Assembly: GCA_002450835.1 (NCBI GenBank)
Contig: DKAM01000008.1
Location: forward strand, 10,573-74,572
Direction: 5' to 3'
Origin: Dehalococcoidia bacterium UBA6926
Lineage (GTDB): Bacteria; Chloroflexota; Dehalococcoidia; UBA6926
DNA: 64,000 nucleotides
Part shown: in pieces, positions 39,162 through 48,866 of the stretch
How positions within the stretch are numbered: the first letter of the stretch is position 1
Layout of the letters: each line of letters begins with the position of its first letter
Notes under the pieces: generated by a model
Told to the model about the DNA's origin: nothing
What the model saw: the letters and a program-made list of their open reading frames with translations, nothing else
Databases searched by the model: none
Position numbers and translations under genes: made by a program

Positions 39162-39722
39162 ATGCCTAAGGTTTACACTCGTGGTGGAGATTCTGGCGAG
39201 ACTGGTCTGCTATACGGGGGCCGGGTGAAGAAGAATGATCCTCGGACGGATGCGTATGGCACGATCGACGAAACTGTGTCTGCTTTGGGGATTGGACGCA
39301 GTTTTTCCAAAGAACCTAAGGTGCAAGAGATTATATTAAAGCTACAAAAAGATCTTTTTGCAGTGGGAGCAGAACTTGCAACCGATGTTGAGCATTACGA
39401 TAAATTCCGGGAACATTTTGTTCCCGTTAGCGATCAGATGGTAGGTCAAATTGAAGATTTAATTGATGAATTACAAGAAGAATTTGAATTACCCCCGTTT
39501 TTTGTTTTGCCAGGGGCTACACCGGGATCGGCAGGTATAGATCTAGCTAGATCAGTCCTTCGAAGAGCGGAAAGGCTTGTTGTTCACTTAGAACAAAGTG
39601 GATCGATAAAACAAGGCTCTGCTGTATTGCCGTACATTAATCGTGTTTCAGATCTGCTTTTTATACTCGCGCGTTATGAAGATCGGAATATTGATACTGA
39701 ATTATTGAATGGTGATAAGTAA
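39162..39722 (+). CDS. ATP:cob(I)alamin adenosyltransferase, PduO type
   Basis: About 186 aa with N-terminal KVYTRGGDSGETGLLYGGRVKKNDPRTDAYGTIDE. The ORF-track TTG start at 39135 was rejected in favour of the ATG at 39162. Confidence 0.8.
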   Translation: MPKVYTRGGDSGETGLLYGGRVKKNDPRTDAYGTIDETVSALGIGRSFSKEPKVQEIILKLQKDLFAVGAELATDVEHYDKFREHFVPVSDQMVGQIEDLIDELQEEFELPPFFVLPGATPGSAGIDLARSVLRRAERLVVHLEQSGSIKQGSAVLPYINRVSDLLFILARYEDRNIDTELLNGDK

Positions 39723-39734
39723 TATGAGAATTAA

Positions 39735-40352
39735 ATGCGCATAGCGGTAGTTGATTTCGGCGCTGGCAATTTGCGATCTGTAGCAAAGGCGTTGGACAGA
39801 GTTGGCTTTCAAGTTTCTATAACCAGTGATCCCAACGATTTTAGTACTAGCGAAGGGGTTGTTTTCCCTGGTCAAGGAATCGCGGGGCATGCGATGGAAA
39901 ATCTAAAATCTAGAGGATTAGATGTTGCGCTGAAAGATTATGTGATGTCTGGCCGCCCATTTTTTGGGGTTTGTTTAGGTTTGCAGCTAATGTTTGAGAA
40001 ATCCGATGAAGAAAATACAGAATGCTTGGGAATTTTAGGTGGAGGCAACTCTAAATTCAATAACACTATGAAAGTTCCGCATATGGGCTGGAACAACGTC
40101 AGAATGGTAAAGCCCCATTATGCATTCGAAGATATACCGGATGAATTTCAATTTTACTTTGTTCATAGTTATTACGCCGTTCCAGCAGACGGAAGTGTAG
40201 TTGTAGGAGAAACAATTTACAGTGATAGATTTCCTAGTGTAGTGGCAGATAATAATCTATTAGCTACTCAATTCCATCCGGAAAAAAGTACTGAATTGGG
40301 AATTAGTATATATAAGAACTTTTTTTTAGGAGTTAAAGAGGGGCGCAATTGA
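39735..40352 (+). CDS. hisH: imidazole glycerol phosphate synthase, glutaminase subunit
   Basis: 205 aa with VVDFGAGNLRSV, GVCLGLQ and QFHPEKS motifs. Confidence 0.92.
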   Translation: MRIAVVDFGAGNLRSVAKALDRVGFQVSITSDPNDFSTSEGVVFPGQGIAGHAMENLKSRGLDVALKDYVMSGRPFFGVCLGLQLMFEKSDEENTECLGILGGGNSKFNNTMKVPHMGWNNVRMVKPHYAFEDIPDEFQFYFVHSYYAVPADGSVVVGETIYSDRFPSVVADNNLLATQFHPEKSTELGISIYKNFFLGVKEGRN

Positions 40353-41077
40353 TAGATTTTGAAATTATTCCTGCTATTGACCTTCTGGATGGAAGCGTAG
40401 TTAGGTTATATCAGGGTGATTACGGCCGTGAGACCATTTTTTCTACTGATCCCGTGGATACTGCAAAAAGATGGGAAGATTTGGGTGCGTCGAGGATACA
40501 CATAGTGGATTTGAATGGCGCGAGAGAAGGGTCTCTACATCATATAAATGTGATTGATAAAATGGTTAATAAACTGTCTATACCCGTGCAACTGGGTGGT
40601 GGCCTCCGTACTATGGAGTCTGTCAATGAAGTACTAAATCTGGGCGTACAGAGGGTGATACTTGGTAGTGTTATTGTTACAGATCCCGAGCTGATTTCCG
40701 AAGCAATAACGAGATTTGGTGATTCAATCATATGCGGCCTTGATGCCAAAAATGGGTTCATAATGGTCCAAGGTTGGGAAAAAGCTTCGAAATCTGATGT
40801 TTTTGAGGTTGCTGGAAAATTAAGGTCTATAGGTGCGCAGCGATTTATTTATACAGATATCTCGAGAGATGGGACTATGGAGGGTCCTAACATCGATTCA
40901 CTTAGCACATTTTTAGCATTCTCTTCCCCTTCGAGGGTCATCGCATCTGGTGGGGTCTCGTCAATTAAAGATGTTTTAAAGTTGTCAACCATGGGTTTAG
41001 AAGGAGTGATTATTGGTAAATCTCTCTATAGCGGTGCAATCGACTTTACGGAACTAACTAATAGTATGAACAGGTAA
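40349..41077 (+). CDS. hisA: ProFAR isomerase
   Basis: 242 aa with IIPAIDLLDGSVVRL, HIVDLNGA, TDISRDGT and ASGGVSS motifs. The TTG start overlaps the hisH stop. Confidence 0.92.
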   Translation: MIDFEIIPAIDLLDGSVVRLYQGDYGRETIFSTDPVDTAKRWEDLGASRIHIVDLNGAREGSLHHINVIDKMVNKLSIPVQLGGGLRTMESVNEVLNLGVQRVILGSVIVTDPELISEAITRFGDSIICGLDAKNGFIMVQGWEKASKSDVFEVAGKLRSIGAQRFIYTDISRDGTMEGPNIDSLSTFLAFSSPSRVIASGGVSSIKDVLKLSTMGLEGVIIGKSLYSGAIDFTELTNSMNR

Positions 41078-41503
41078 CTATTCTTCGTAGGGTTCGATCA
41101 TCACTTCAGATTGACCGGTTAGGACTTCTTGCCCGTCTTGATTAACAACGCTTGCTTTTAATGTAACGAGACGCCGTGGAGCATTAATGCTAATTACTGA
41201 AAGTTTTGCGGTTATTGCGTCTCCTAAATATACTGGAGCTAAGAACCGCAAACTTTGACCCATATAAATAACTACCTTTCCTGGTGCAACTTTGGTTCCA
41301 ATTGCGGCGGAAATTACTCCAGCAGTAAGAATTCCATGAGCAATCCTCTTTTTGAACCGTGATTTTCCAGCCATTTCATCATCTAGGTGTAGAGGTTGAG
41401 TATCTCCTGATGCATCTGCAAAACTTTCTACATCGTCTGCTGATAAAACCTTTGTAAATTCAAAAACCTTTTTTGTGTCAATTCCAAGTATGTTTTCAAC
41501 CAT
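41078..41503 (-). CDS. MaoC-like (R)-specific enoyl-CoA hydratase / hot-dog fold dehydratase
   Basis: 141 aa with GDTQPLHLD and IAHGIL motifs. It is antisense to the surrounding his genes. Confidence 0.8.
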   Translation of the reverse strand: MVENILGIDTKKVFEFTKVLSADDVESFADASGDTQPLHLDDEMAGKSRFKKRIAHGILTAGVISAAIGTKVAPGKVVIYMGQSLRFLAPVYLGDAITAKLSVISINAPRRLVTLKASVVNQDGQEVLTGQSEVMIEPYEE

Positions 41504-41630
41504 TTAAAATACCTCTTTCTGTGAAATTCTACCTAATCAATTCTCCCCTTGTTTACTAGTGTCATATATTTTAGTTTGTGCGTAAAGGGTTGCTTGGATA
41601 AGATGGTTTAATGGTTAAGGAGATTCGATA

Positions 41631-42458
41631 GTGTTATCCAAAAGAATTATCCCTTGCTTAGATGTAAAAGATGGTAGGGTAGTAAAGGGAATTAAATTTA
41701 AAGACCATCGTGATGTGGGTGACCCCGTTGAGCTTGCAAAATATTATGATTTAGAGGGTGCTGACGAGCTTGTGTTTTACGATATCACTGCTTCGTCTGA
41801 TAACCGAAACATAATGTACGAAGTGGTATCACAAGTGGCTGAAGCTATATATATTCCCTTTACAGTTGGCGGCGGCATAAGGAGCGTAGAAGATATTCGT
41901 TTAATGCTTAATGCTGGTGCGGATAAAGTTAGCATTAATACTGCAGCTGTTGAAAATCCACAGTTAATTAAGGATGCTGCAAAACTATTTGGAAGCCAAT
42001 GTATAGTTTTGGGAATGGATGCGAAGGCTATTTCTGAAACACCAGATGATGGATTAAACGTCAGAGATGCTATTAGTATTAATCCGTCTTCACAATGGGA
42101 AGTTCGAATTCGGACAGGTAGTGGTGATGGGGATTCAACTAATATAGACGCCGTTAAATGGGCTCGATATGCAGTTGAGTTGGGTGTAGGTGAGATAGTA
42201 CTAAACAGTATGGATATGGATGGCACGAGACAAGGTTATGACCTAGATTTAAATAAAGCTATATCAGAAAGGGTTTCGGTACCTGTTGTTGCGAGTGGCG
42301 GCGCAGGAGGAAACGAACACTTTTTAGAGGCATTTGGGTCTGGAAAAGTTGATGCCGTTTTAGCTGCAAGTATTTTCCATTATGGAGATAACAAAATTCA
42401 AGAAACAAAAAAATATCTGTTTGATAATGGAATTTCTGTCCGTTATGAGGGTAAGTAG
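41631..42458 (+). CDS. hisF: imidazole glycerol phosphate synthase, cyclase subunit
   Basis: 275 aa with [24 protein letters not shown] and ASGGAG motifs. The GTG start follows an AAGGAG SD. It is about 20 aa longer than the ~253 aa I recall for typical HisF, with extra residues near [20 protein letters not shown]. Confidence 0.92.
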   Translation: MLSKRIIPCLDVKDGRVVKGIKFKDHRDVGDPVELAKYYDLEGADELVFYDITASSDNRNIMYEVVSQVAEAIYIPFTVGGGIRSVEDIRLMLNAGADKVSINTAAVENPQLIKDAAKLFGSQCIVLGMDAKAISETPDDGLNVRDAISINPSSQWEVRIRTGSGDGDSTNIDAVKWARYAVELGVGEIVLNSMDMDGTRQGYDLDLNKAISERVSVPVVASGGAGGNEHFLEAFGSGKVDAVLAASIFHYGDNKIQETKKYLFDNGISVRYEGK

Positions 42459-42460
42459 CT

Positions 42461-43201
42461 ATGCCAAAACAAAAGCCATTAAAAGCTATTTTTTTTGATG
42501 CTTATGGCACGCTCTTTCACTATGAGCCTGAGAAACTTTCTCAGACATTTTTCACTATCGTTTCTGAGCTCGGTTTGGAAATAGACCCCGATGTCTTGCT
42601 TAAGCAATGGCGAATTTATGAAACAGAATTTCGCGAAACAAGAGTTAAATTAAAGGATGGTTCATGGGTGGTTCCGGAAGAATTTACTTCTTACAAAAAA
42701 GCTTGGGCTTCTTGTTTTAAGAGAACTTACGAATATTTTGGGCGATCTGACATCTCTAGTGAAAAATCGGTAGATATAATATTGGAAGATTTGAATCAAA
42801 GGAAAATTTTTGGGGATGTAAAACAAATGTTAGAGAAACTAAGTGACGATATTCATATTGGTATCATTAGTAACGCAGACACTGACTTCTTGAGCAGAAC
42901 CATAGAAAGTAATGGATTATTTTTTGATAAAATAGTATGCTCCGAAGCTGAGAGAATTTACAAGCCACACCCATCTATTTTTCTAGCCGCATTAGATTAT
43001 TTTGAGATTGACCCCGACTCTGCTATCTATGTTGGAGATTCACCGCTAGAAGATATACAGGGTGCTCAATCGCTTGGTATGGGCGCAGTGTGGGTGAATA
43101 GAACTGGAATAGATTGGCCAGATGGGTTTGAGCATGAACCACTTTATGAAGTGTCTAATTTGAATGAGATCATCACTATTGTTGATTCCATCAATACATA
43201 A
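42461..43201 (+). CDS. HAD-superfamily hydrolase, subfamily IA
   Basis: 246 aa with motif I FFDAYGTLF, motif II ISNAD, and YKPHP plus GDSPLEDIQGA. It starts 2 nt after hisF. Confidence 0.75.
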   Translation: MPKQKPLKAIFFDAYGTLFHYEPEKLSQTFFTIVSELGLEIDPDVLLKQWRIYETEFRETRVKLKDGSWVVPEEFTSYKKAWASCFKRTYEYFGRSDISSEKSVDIILEDLNQRKIFGDVKQMLEKLSDDIHIGIISNADTDFLSRTIESNGLFFDKIVCSEAERIYKPHPSIFLAALDYFEIDPDSAIYVGDSPLEDIQGAQSLGMGAVWVNRTGIDWPDGFEHEPLYEVSNLNEIITIVDSINT

Positions 43202-43241
43202 TGTTACTCGAATAAGCGGGTTTGATTAGGAGGAAAACCAA

Positions 43242-43877
43242 TTGGAAACGAATACATTGATATTTGACAGAAATGGACTGATTCCTGCAGTTATACAAGA
43301 TTCTCAGGATCATAGAGTTCTAATGGTGGGATATATGAATAAACTAGCTTTGCAGAAAACGCTCGATTCAAAGCAAGTCTGGTTTTTTAGTAGATCTCGA
43401 CAGGAACTTTGGCTAAAAGGTGAAACATCAGGAAATTATATGGATGTCGTTGATATAAAACCTGACTGTGATTCAGACTCGCTGCTAATAAAAGTCAATC
43501 CCCATGGCCCCGCATGCCACACAGGGGAGGACACCTGTTTTTTTCAAGAATCTGTGAGTGATGATTGGAGCGCTGATACTAAAACTACAGATAGATTGGA
43601 CCTCGAATTGAGTGAATTGGCTAATATTATCGCCCAACGTAACAAAGAATTACCCGACGGTAGTTATACTGCAGAGTTACTGAGGAGTGGAATTAATAAA
43701 ATAGGTCAAAAAGTGATCGAAGAAGCTGGCGAAACAGCTCTTGCAGCAATGGCGGAATCAGACGATAACACCAAAAATGAGGTTGCAGATCTTTTATACC
43801 ACCTTTTGGTGCTATTGGAAGCAAAAGAAATATCCTTGAAAGATATAGCAGAGGTATTGAGTAGTCGCCGACGATAG
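43242..43877 (+). CDS. hisIE: bifunctional phosphoribosyl-AMP cyclohydrolase / phosphoribosyl-ATP pyrophosphatase
   Basis: 211 aa with LIPAVIQD, a Zn motif (CDSDSLLIKV..GPACHTG..CF) and a C-terminal EEAGE...ADLLYHLLVLL. The TTG start follows a TAGGAGGA SD. Confidence 0.9.
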   Translation: METNTLIFDRNGLIPAVIQDSQDHRVLMVGYMNKLALQKTLDSKQVWFFSRSRQELWLKGETSGNYMDVVDIKPDCDSDSLLIKVNPHGPACHTGEDTCFFQESVSDDWSADTKTTDRLDLELSELANIIAQRNKELPDGSYTAELLRSGINKIGQKVIEEAGETALAAMAESDDNTKNEVADLLYHLLVLLEAKEISLKDIAEVLSSRRR

Positions 43878-43892
43878 TTACGGTGGTAAATA

Positions 43893-44804
43893 TTAGTCGT
43901 TTACTGTAGATAATCGATCAGCTTCAATTGCCCCATTCATTGCATGTAATGCTACCTCTATTTGACTATCATCTGGCTGGCGAGTTGTCAGGGATTGGAG
44001 CCATAAATTAGGAGCAATAATTAATTTCATCAGCTTAAATGAAGAGTAATTACTACTCCATTTTATTATCTCATAGCTAATCCCAGTGATGATAGGTATT
44101 AAGATAATCCTAGATATGATTCGCTCCCATAGGACTGGGGGTGTCCATAAAACATGAACACTGATAGCGATTATTAGTACGACTAAAAGAAATGCCGTTC
44201 CACATCGGGGGTGGGGCGTGGGGTAGTCTCTAATGTTGTTTATTGTAAGCTCACGCTCATTCTCGTAGGCGTGGACGGTCATGTGTTCTGCCCCGTGGTA
44301 CTGAAAAATTCTTCTTACGTCTTTGCTTAAACTGATCGCGACTAGGTAACCAATAAATAATACTAATCTAATTATTCCCTCAATGAGGTTAGAGGTGATA
44401 TTTGTGGTTTGGTAGTTCGAGTCCACAAAATTAGTAGCTACCGTTGGTAGAATAAAAAACAGTCCTATACTCAGAAATAAACTTGTAAAAAGAGTGATGC
44501 CAATTGCCATTGATGACAGAGTTTCCTCCTGCTCATCGTCTTCCTCAATCGCCACTTTTGCAGAAAGCATCAATGCTTTGGTTCCTAATGTCATCATTTC
44601 AGCAAGTACGATGGTGCCTCGAATGAGAGGGATAGTACGTAGACGCTTAGCCCATTTCCAGCCTATTTGTTCGGTTGTCACAAATATCGAACCATCTGGC
44701 CGTCGTATGGCTACACTAATCGCTGTAATCCCACGTATTAAGACGCCTTCAATCAGTGCTTGGCCGCCGTAATTAGGAGCTGTTTTTTGAGTAAACAGAT
44801 TCAT
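43893..44804 (-). CDS. DUF1385 domain membrane protein (YqhQ-like)
   Basis: 303 aa with GGQALIEGV, a YHGAEH motif and several TM helices. Its position after rpmE is typical of the family. Confidence 0.7.
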   Translation of the reverse strand: MNLFTQKTAPNYGGQALIEGVLIRGITAISVAIRRPDGSIFVTTEQIGWKWAKRLRTIPLIRGTIVLAEMMTLGTKALMLSAKVAIEEDDEQEETLSSMAIGITLFTSLFLSIGLFFILPTVATNFVDSNYQTTNITSNLIEGIIRLVLFIGYLVAISLSKDVRRIFQYHGAEHMTVHAYENERELTINNIRDYPTPHPRCGTAFLLVVLIIAISVHVLWTPPVLWERIISRIILIPIITGISYEIIKWSSNYSSFKLMKLIIAPNLWLQSLTTRQPDDSQIEVALHAMNGAIEADRLSTVND

Positions 44805-44861
44805 AAGCCTATTTTTTATATGTGCGATATTAAAGGTTTTTGATCGATGAGTAGGAAGTGA

Positions 44862-45068
44862 CTAATCTTCTTTTTTTGCATATCGCTTTCTAAGTCTTTC
44901 AACTCGCCCTAAAGTATCAACGATTCGTTGTTGTCCTGTATAAAATGGATGACATTTATCGCATATATCCACCCGGATACTTTCTTGTACCGATCCTGTT
45001 GCCCAGGTATTTCCGCACGCACAAGTCACCTCTGATCGGCCGTATTTGGGATGAATTTCTGATTTCAT
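44862..45068 (-). CDS. rpmE: 50S ribosomal protein L31 (Zn-ribbon type A)
   Basis: MKSEIHPKY.., with a [13 protein letters not shown] zinc motif. The ATG at 45068 follows an AAGGA SD. The ORF-track N-terminal extension was rejected. Confidence 0.92.
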   Translation of the reverse strand: MKSEIHPKYGRSEVTCACGNTWATGSVQESIRVDICDKCHPFYTGQQRIVDTLGRVERLRKRYAKKED

Positions 45069-45119
45069 GAATAGTTTCCTTTGTTCACTATTTTCTGGGT
45101 ATAACAATACCTTTTGGAC

Positions 45120-45377
45120 TTATTTTATTGGGTAGACGCTAACTCTCTTCTTGTCTTTAGTTTGATGTTCAAATTTAACTGTTCCATCAATTTTGGAATA
45201 TAGCGTAAAATCTTTTCCCCTACCAACATTAGAACCTTCAATTATGCGGGTTCCTCTTTGCCTAAGAATGATGTTCCCCGCTTTTACGATTTCCCCATCG
45301 TACTTCTTAACACCTAATCTTTGACCTTGGCTATCTCTACCGTTTCTTGTAGTTCCGCCACCTTTTTTATGTGCCAT
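45120..45377 (-). CDS. rpmA: 50S ribosomal protein L27
   Basis: [28 protein letters not shown]. It has no N-terminal propeptide. Confidence 0.95.
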   Translation of the reverse strand: MAHKKGGGTTRNGRDSQGQRLGVKKYDGEIVKAGNIILRQRGTRIIEGSNVGRGKDFTLYSKIDGTVKFEHQTKDKKRVSVYPIK

Positions 45378-45414
45378 TTTCTATATCTCCGTATCTATCT
45401 AGTGAAACTGCGTT

Positions 45415-45732
45415 CTACTTAGTAAGTATCTGCTTAATCGAAAGCTGTGTAATTGGTTGTCTATGCCCCTGTTTCCTTCTATAACGAGTTTTGTTCTTAT
45501 ATTTAAAAACGATCAATTTTTTATCTTTTGTTTGCTGAAGTATTTCTGCAATAATTTTGGCCCCTTTTACATTAGGTTGCCCTACTGTCACAGAGTCATT
45601 ATCTTGAAGCAGTAATACGTTATCGAATTCAACTCGATCGCCTGGTTGACCTGGCAACTTTTCGATATCAATATTTTGCCCGGGCGACACCCTATATTGT
45701 TTCCCACCGGTTTCAAAAACAGCGTAAAAAAT
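45415..45732 (-). CDS. rplU: 50S ribosomal protein L21, apparent ATT start codon
   Basis: The conserved L21 N-terminus (F)YAVFETGGKQYRV is encoded in frame upstream of the ORF-track GTG (45690). No ATG, GTG or TTG lies between it and the in-frame TAA. The ATT at 45732-45730 sits 6 nt after AGGAGA (45744-45739). Confidence 0.8.
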   Translation of the reverse strand: MFYAVFETGGKQYRVSPGQNIDIEKLPGQPGDRVEFDNVLLLQDNDSVTVGQPNVKGAKIIAEILQQTKDKKLIVFKYKNKTRYRRKQGHRQPITQLSIKQILTK

Positions 45733-45770
45733 CTTGTTTCTCCTGAAAATATATTGGTTGAACGGGATTA

Positions 45771-45799
45771 ATTATATCTAAGCAAGTCATCCTAAACAA
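45771..45799 (-). promoter_or_regulatory. candidate sigma-70 type promoter for rplU-rpmA
   Basis: The minus strand reads TTGTTT (45799-45794), 17 nt, then TATAAT (45776-45771), about 40 nt upstream of the rplU start. Confidence 0.45.
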
Positions 45800-45826
45800 G
45801 GCCGTCATTTAACAGGGTCATAGTTA

Positions 45827-47065
45827 TTAGATGAACCCTCGTAATTCAACTGCTTCTGCGACCTTTGCTATTCCTATTTGGAAAGCCGCATCTCTATAGG
45901 ATAAATTTTCTTTTGCAACTTTTCCTTGTACAGATTCAAATGCGTTTTTTATGCGTGTTTTCAGTTCGCTGTTGATCCTAATTTCGTCCCACTGGAATTG
46001 CTGAATATTTTGGGTCCACTCAAAGTATGAAACAGTAACTCCTCCGCTATTTGCCAATATATCTGGAATTATCGTTACGCCTCGTGAGTGTAATTCTTGA
46101 TCCGCGTCTGGTGTAACCGGGTGATTTGCTGCTTCTATTACTACCTTAGATTTGAGCTTGTCTAAGTTGTCTATAGTTATAGTGTTTTCAATTGCAGCGG
46201 GTATAAAAATGGTGGCATCAACTCCGATTAACTCTGCGTTTGATATAGTCTCTCCATCTTCAAATGATTTGATCGTTCCACCTTTAGCTATGTGATTGGT
46301 CAGCCGTGGAATATCCAAACCGTTGGAGTTGTAAATCCCACAATCGATATCGCTTACTGCTACGATGGAATAACCTTCTTGATAAGCGATCTGCGCTGCC
46401 CAAGAACCTACGTTACCGAATCCCTGTATTGCGATTGAAGTGTCTTTGTTAACCGAGAATCCCATTTCTTTAGCCAGCTCATTTAGAACGTAAATTACAC
46501 CTCGGCCGGTCGCTGATTCCCTTCCAAGACTTCCACCTAGCTCTATTGGTTTTCCTGTCACTGATGCTGGTTCATACCCATGTACTTGCCCGTACGCATC
46601 CATCATCCAACCCATTGTTTTAGCGTTGGTACCCATATCGGGTGCTGGTATATCTCTTTGCGGACCAATTATGTGCTCGATGTTCATAATATACCGTCTT
46701 GTTAATTGTTTAAGCTCATTTTCTGAAAGCTGTAGTGGATCACATTCAATACCCCCTTTTGCCCCTCCGAAAGGTAAATTCAAGAGAGCTGTTTTCCAAG
46801 TCATCAGACTTGCAAGGGACTCCACCTCTTTTTTATTAGCATTCGGATGATAACGCACTCCCCCTTTGTAAGGTCCTCTTGCACCGTTATGCTGGATCCT
46901 ATAGCCCGTGAATACTCCCACACCTCCGTGGTCCATCCTTATTGGTAAGCTCACTGTTAGTTCTCTCCACGGTCTCCGGAGTAGCTCTGCAGTACCGTCA
47001 GGAATATTTAATGCGCGCACGGCATTTTCAAAAAAAATATTTGAGCCACTGTTGGTTAAAATCAT
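45827..47065 (-). CDS. gdhA: glutamate dehydrogenase (Glu/Leu/Phe/Val dehydrogenase family)
   Basis: 412 aa with GPYKGGVRYH, LPFGGAKGG and GFGNVG (Rossmann) motifs. Confidence 0.9.
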   Translation of the reverse strand: MILTNSGSNIFFENAVRALNIPDGTAELLRRPWRELTVSLPIRMDHGGVGVFTGYRIQHNGARGPYKGGVRYHPNANKKEVESLASLMTWKTALLNLPFGGAKGGIECDPLQLSENELKQLTRRYIMNIEHIIGPQRDIPAPDMGTNAKTMGWMMDAYGQVHGYEPASVTGKPIELGGSLGRESATGRGVIYVLNELAKEMGFSVNKDTSIAIQGFGNVGSWAAQIAYQEGYSIVAVSDIDCGIYNSNGLDIPRLTNHIAKGGTIKSFEDGETISNAELIGVDATIFIPAAIENTITIDNLDKLKSKVVIEAANHPVTPDADQELHSRGVTIIPDILANSGGVTVSYFEWTQNIQQFQWDEIRINSELKTRIKNAFESVQGKVAKENLSYRDAAFQIGIAKVAEAVELRGFI

Positions 47066-47090
47066 CGTTGGTTCCTAATAATTGATGTAT

Positions 47091-47666
47091 TTATCTGACG
47101 CTCCACCATTTTACTGGATTTTCCATATCCAGTTCCTTGTTGGATTCTAGATGGATTATTTTCGTTTTAGGAGTTGAGCCTGCGTTTAGTTCCAATATTC
47201 CCACGGTTCCTGTTATGTGGTCTAAATTATGTGGGAGTGTAGGGCTTCCAGGGTTTATGCATAAAACATTTTTCACTTGAACGACTTCCTCAGTATGAGT
47301 GTCCCCAAACACTATTATATTAACTGGCTGACCAAACTCATTTTGCATTACAGATTCTATTGTTCTTTTCGGGGGCATTTCTGGTATTGCTAGCCCATGG
47401 GTAAGACCAATATCAAAACCTTCTACACTGATCACCCTTGTTGGTTCTATTCTGGGGTCTTTAATTTTTCTAAAAAAATCCCCATTTCCTTCGCACGCTA
47501 GTGTTGGTGCCACTTTTTCCAGCCAATCAAGGCATTCTGGATCATAGATATCTCCTGCATGCAGTATCATTTCAACTTCATTAGAGGTGAACACCTCTAG
47601 AACCGAGTCCGGAAGTGAAATGGGAGCTTCAGGATAATGAGTATCTGAAATTAAGCCGATTTTCAT
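47091..47666 (-). CDS. metallophosphoesterase (YfcE / MJ0936 family)
   Basis: 191 aa with ISDTH, HAGDI, GNGD and GDTH motifs. Confidence 0.8.
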   Translation of the reverse strand: MKIGLISDTHYPEAPISLPDSVLEVFTSNEVEMILHAGDIYDPECLDWLEKVAPTLACEGNGDFFRKIKDPRIEPTRVISVEGFDIGLTHGLAIPEMPPKRTIESVMQNEFGQPVNIIVFGDTHTEEVVQVKNVLCINPGSPTLPHNLDHITGTVGILELNAGSTPKTKIIHLESNKELDMENPVKWWSVR

Positions 47667-47689
47667 AATAAGTTGCTCCTAAAACTATT

Positions 47690-48718
47690 CTATTGAACTA
47701 TTCTTGTTGTGTTTTTGAAATCAAATTTTGCGTTTTTGTGTAGCCATTCTACGCCGTGGTCAGATAAAATTTTCCGAGCGTCTTTATCTACTTTAGGTCC
47801 GGCACCTTTTGCAATATTAAAACCGATTTCATCGGATAAAATCTCTAATTCCTCAAGCCATGCTGCTCTGGCAATGATAGAAGCAGATGCAACAGCAAGA
47901 TCACTTGCGTCTGCTTTTGGTGCTTGCATAAATTGTATTTGACTGAACAAAGGGTATTTTTCTTTCAAATCATGTAGTCGCGGCATAGTTTTCGTATCAA
48001 ATTGATCGACAATAGCGGTTAAACTGTTCGTCTCCAGGGCATTTGCCTTTTTAGGTCGTCGTGCTAAAAGATTTTCGATTGCGGCGGAGTGCCCCAGACC
48101 GATCAACCTATTTAAGTTGGAAGTTTTTCGATCATGTAATTTGTTGTAGTCAAATGCGGAGTACTTGAATATTTCGAAATCTGGCAATATATTTTCGATC
48201 CCTTGGGCTAAATTCCTATTTTGGATGTCGGTAAATTGTTTACTATCTCTTATTCCAAAACTTTTCGTGTTTAGAATTTTCTCTACTTCCACCTCAGTCT
48301 TTTTTTCAAAAAGCACGGCGCATATGATTATCGGTCCGAAATAGTCACCCTTTCCTGACTCATCAGATCCAATCCTAGGTAGATTTTTATATTTTAATAG
48401 GGATTTGATTCCAACATCAGTCGTTTTTTTCTTAGCTTTAGTAGATACCGTTTGTTCTCCAAACTTCCTGCTTAAATCTGTAGCGATACGCTCGGAGTCT
48501 TCAAATATCGGATCATTAAATACTATTCTTGTTCCGGGTTTTGTTTTCGAATCGTATACGTTTATTTTTCGCTCTCCATAGGCAGTTCCAAATCTATATT
48601 GGATGCCATTTTGTATAGTTTGCTCAACGAGCGAGTAGGTATTGTTTTCGATCCAGTCCCGTATATAGTTAATGGTGTTTTCAAAATCCAGATCGACTTT
48701 TATGCTTTTGGGACTCAT
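47690..48718 (-). CDS. rnhC: ribonuclease HIII
   Basis: 342 aa with an N-terminal TBP-like domain, IGSDESGKGDYFGPIII, a DSK motif and ASIIAR. Confidence 0.8.
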   Translation of the reverse strand: MSPKSIKVDLDFENTINYIRDWIENNTYSLVEQTIQNGIQYRFGTAYGERKINVYDSKTKPGTRIVFNDPIFEDSERIATDLSRKFGEQTVSTKAKKKTTDVGIKSLLKYKNLPRIGSDESGKGDYFGPIIICAVLFEKKTEVEVEKILNTKSFGIRDSKQFTDIQNRNLAQGIENILPDFEIFKYSAFDYNKLHDRKTSNLNRLIGLGHSAAIENLLARRPKKANALETNSLTAIVDQFDTKTMPRLHDLKEKYPLFSQIQFMQAPKADASDLAVASASIIARAAWLEELEILSDEIGFNIAKGAGPKVDKDARKILSDHGVEWLHKNAKFDFKNTTRIVQ

Positions 48719-48866
48719 TGTTCGGTTCTCTAATTTTCAGTTTGTTTAATTAGATTCTAATTCATTTATTTTATTAATCCTATATATATCTATATATTCT
48801 ATCTTTGAAAATCTGTAATAGCATTTATTTGTTGAAGGGTTTCTCTTTGGTTAGTACTCTGTATTT

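Noticed and set aside
48719-48866. The AT-rich divergent spacer between rnhC and the rlmD-maf fusion, with short direct repeats (CTATATAT / TCTATAT).
   Set aside because: The repeats are very short and low in complexity. They are consistent with promoter or UP-element-like AT tracts rather than a defined repeat family or CRISPR.
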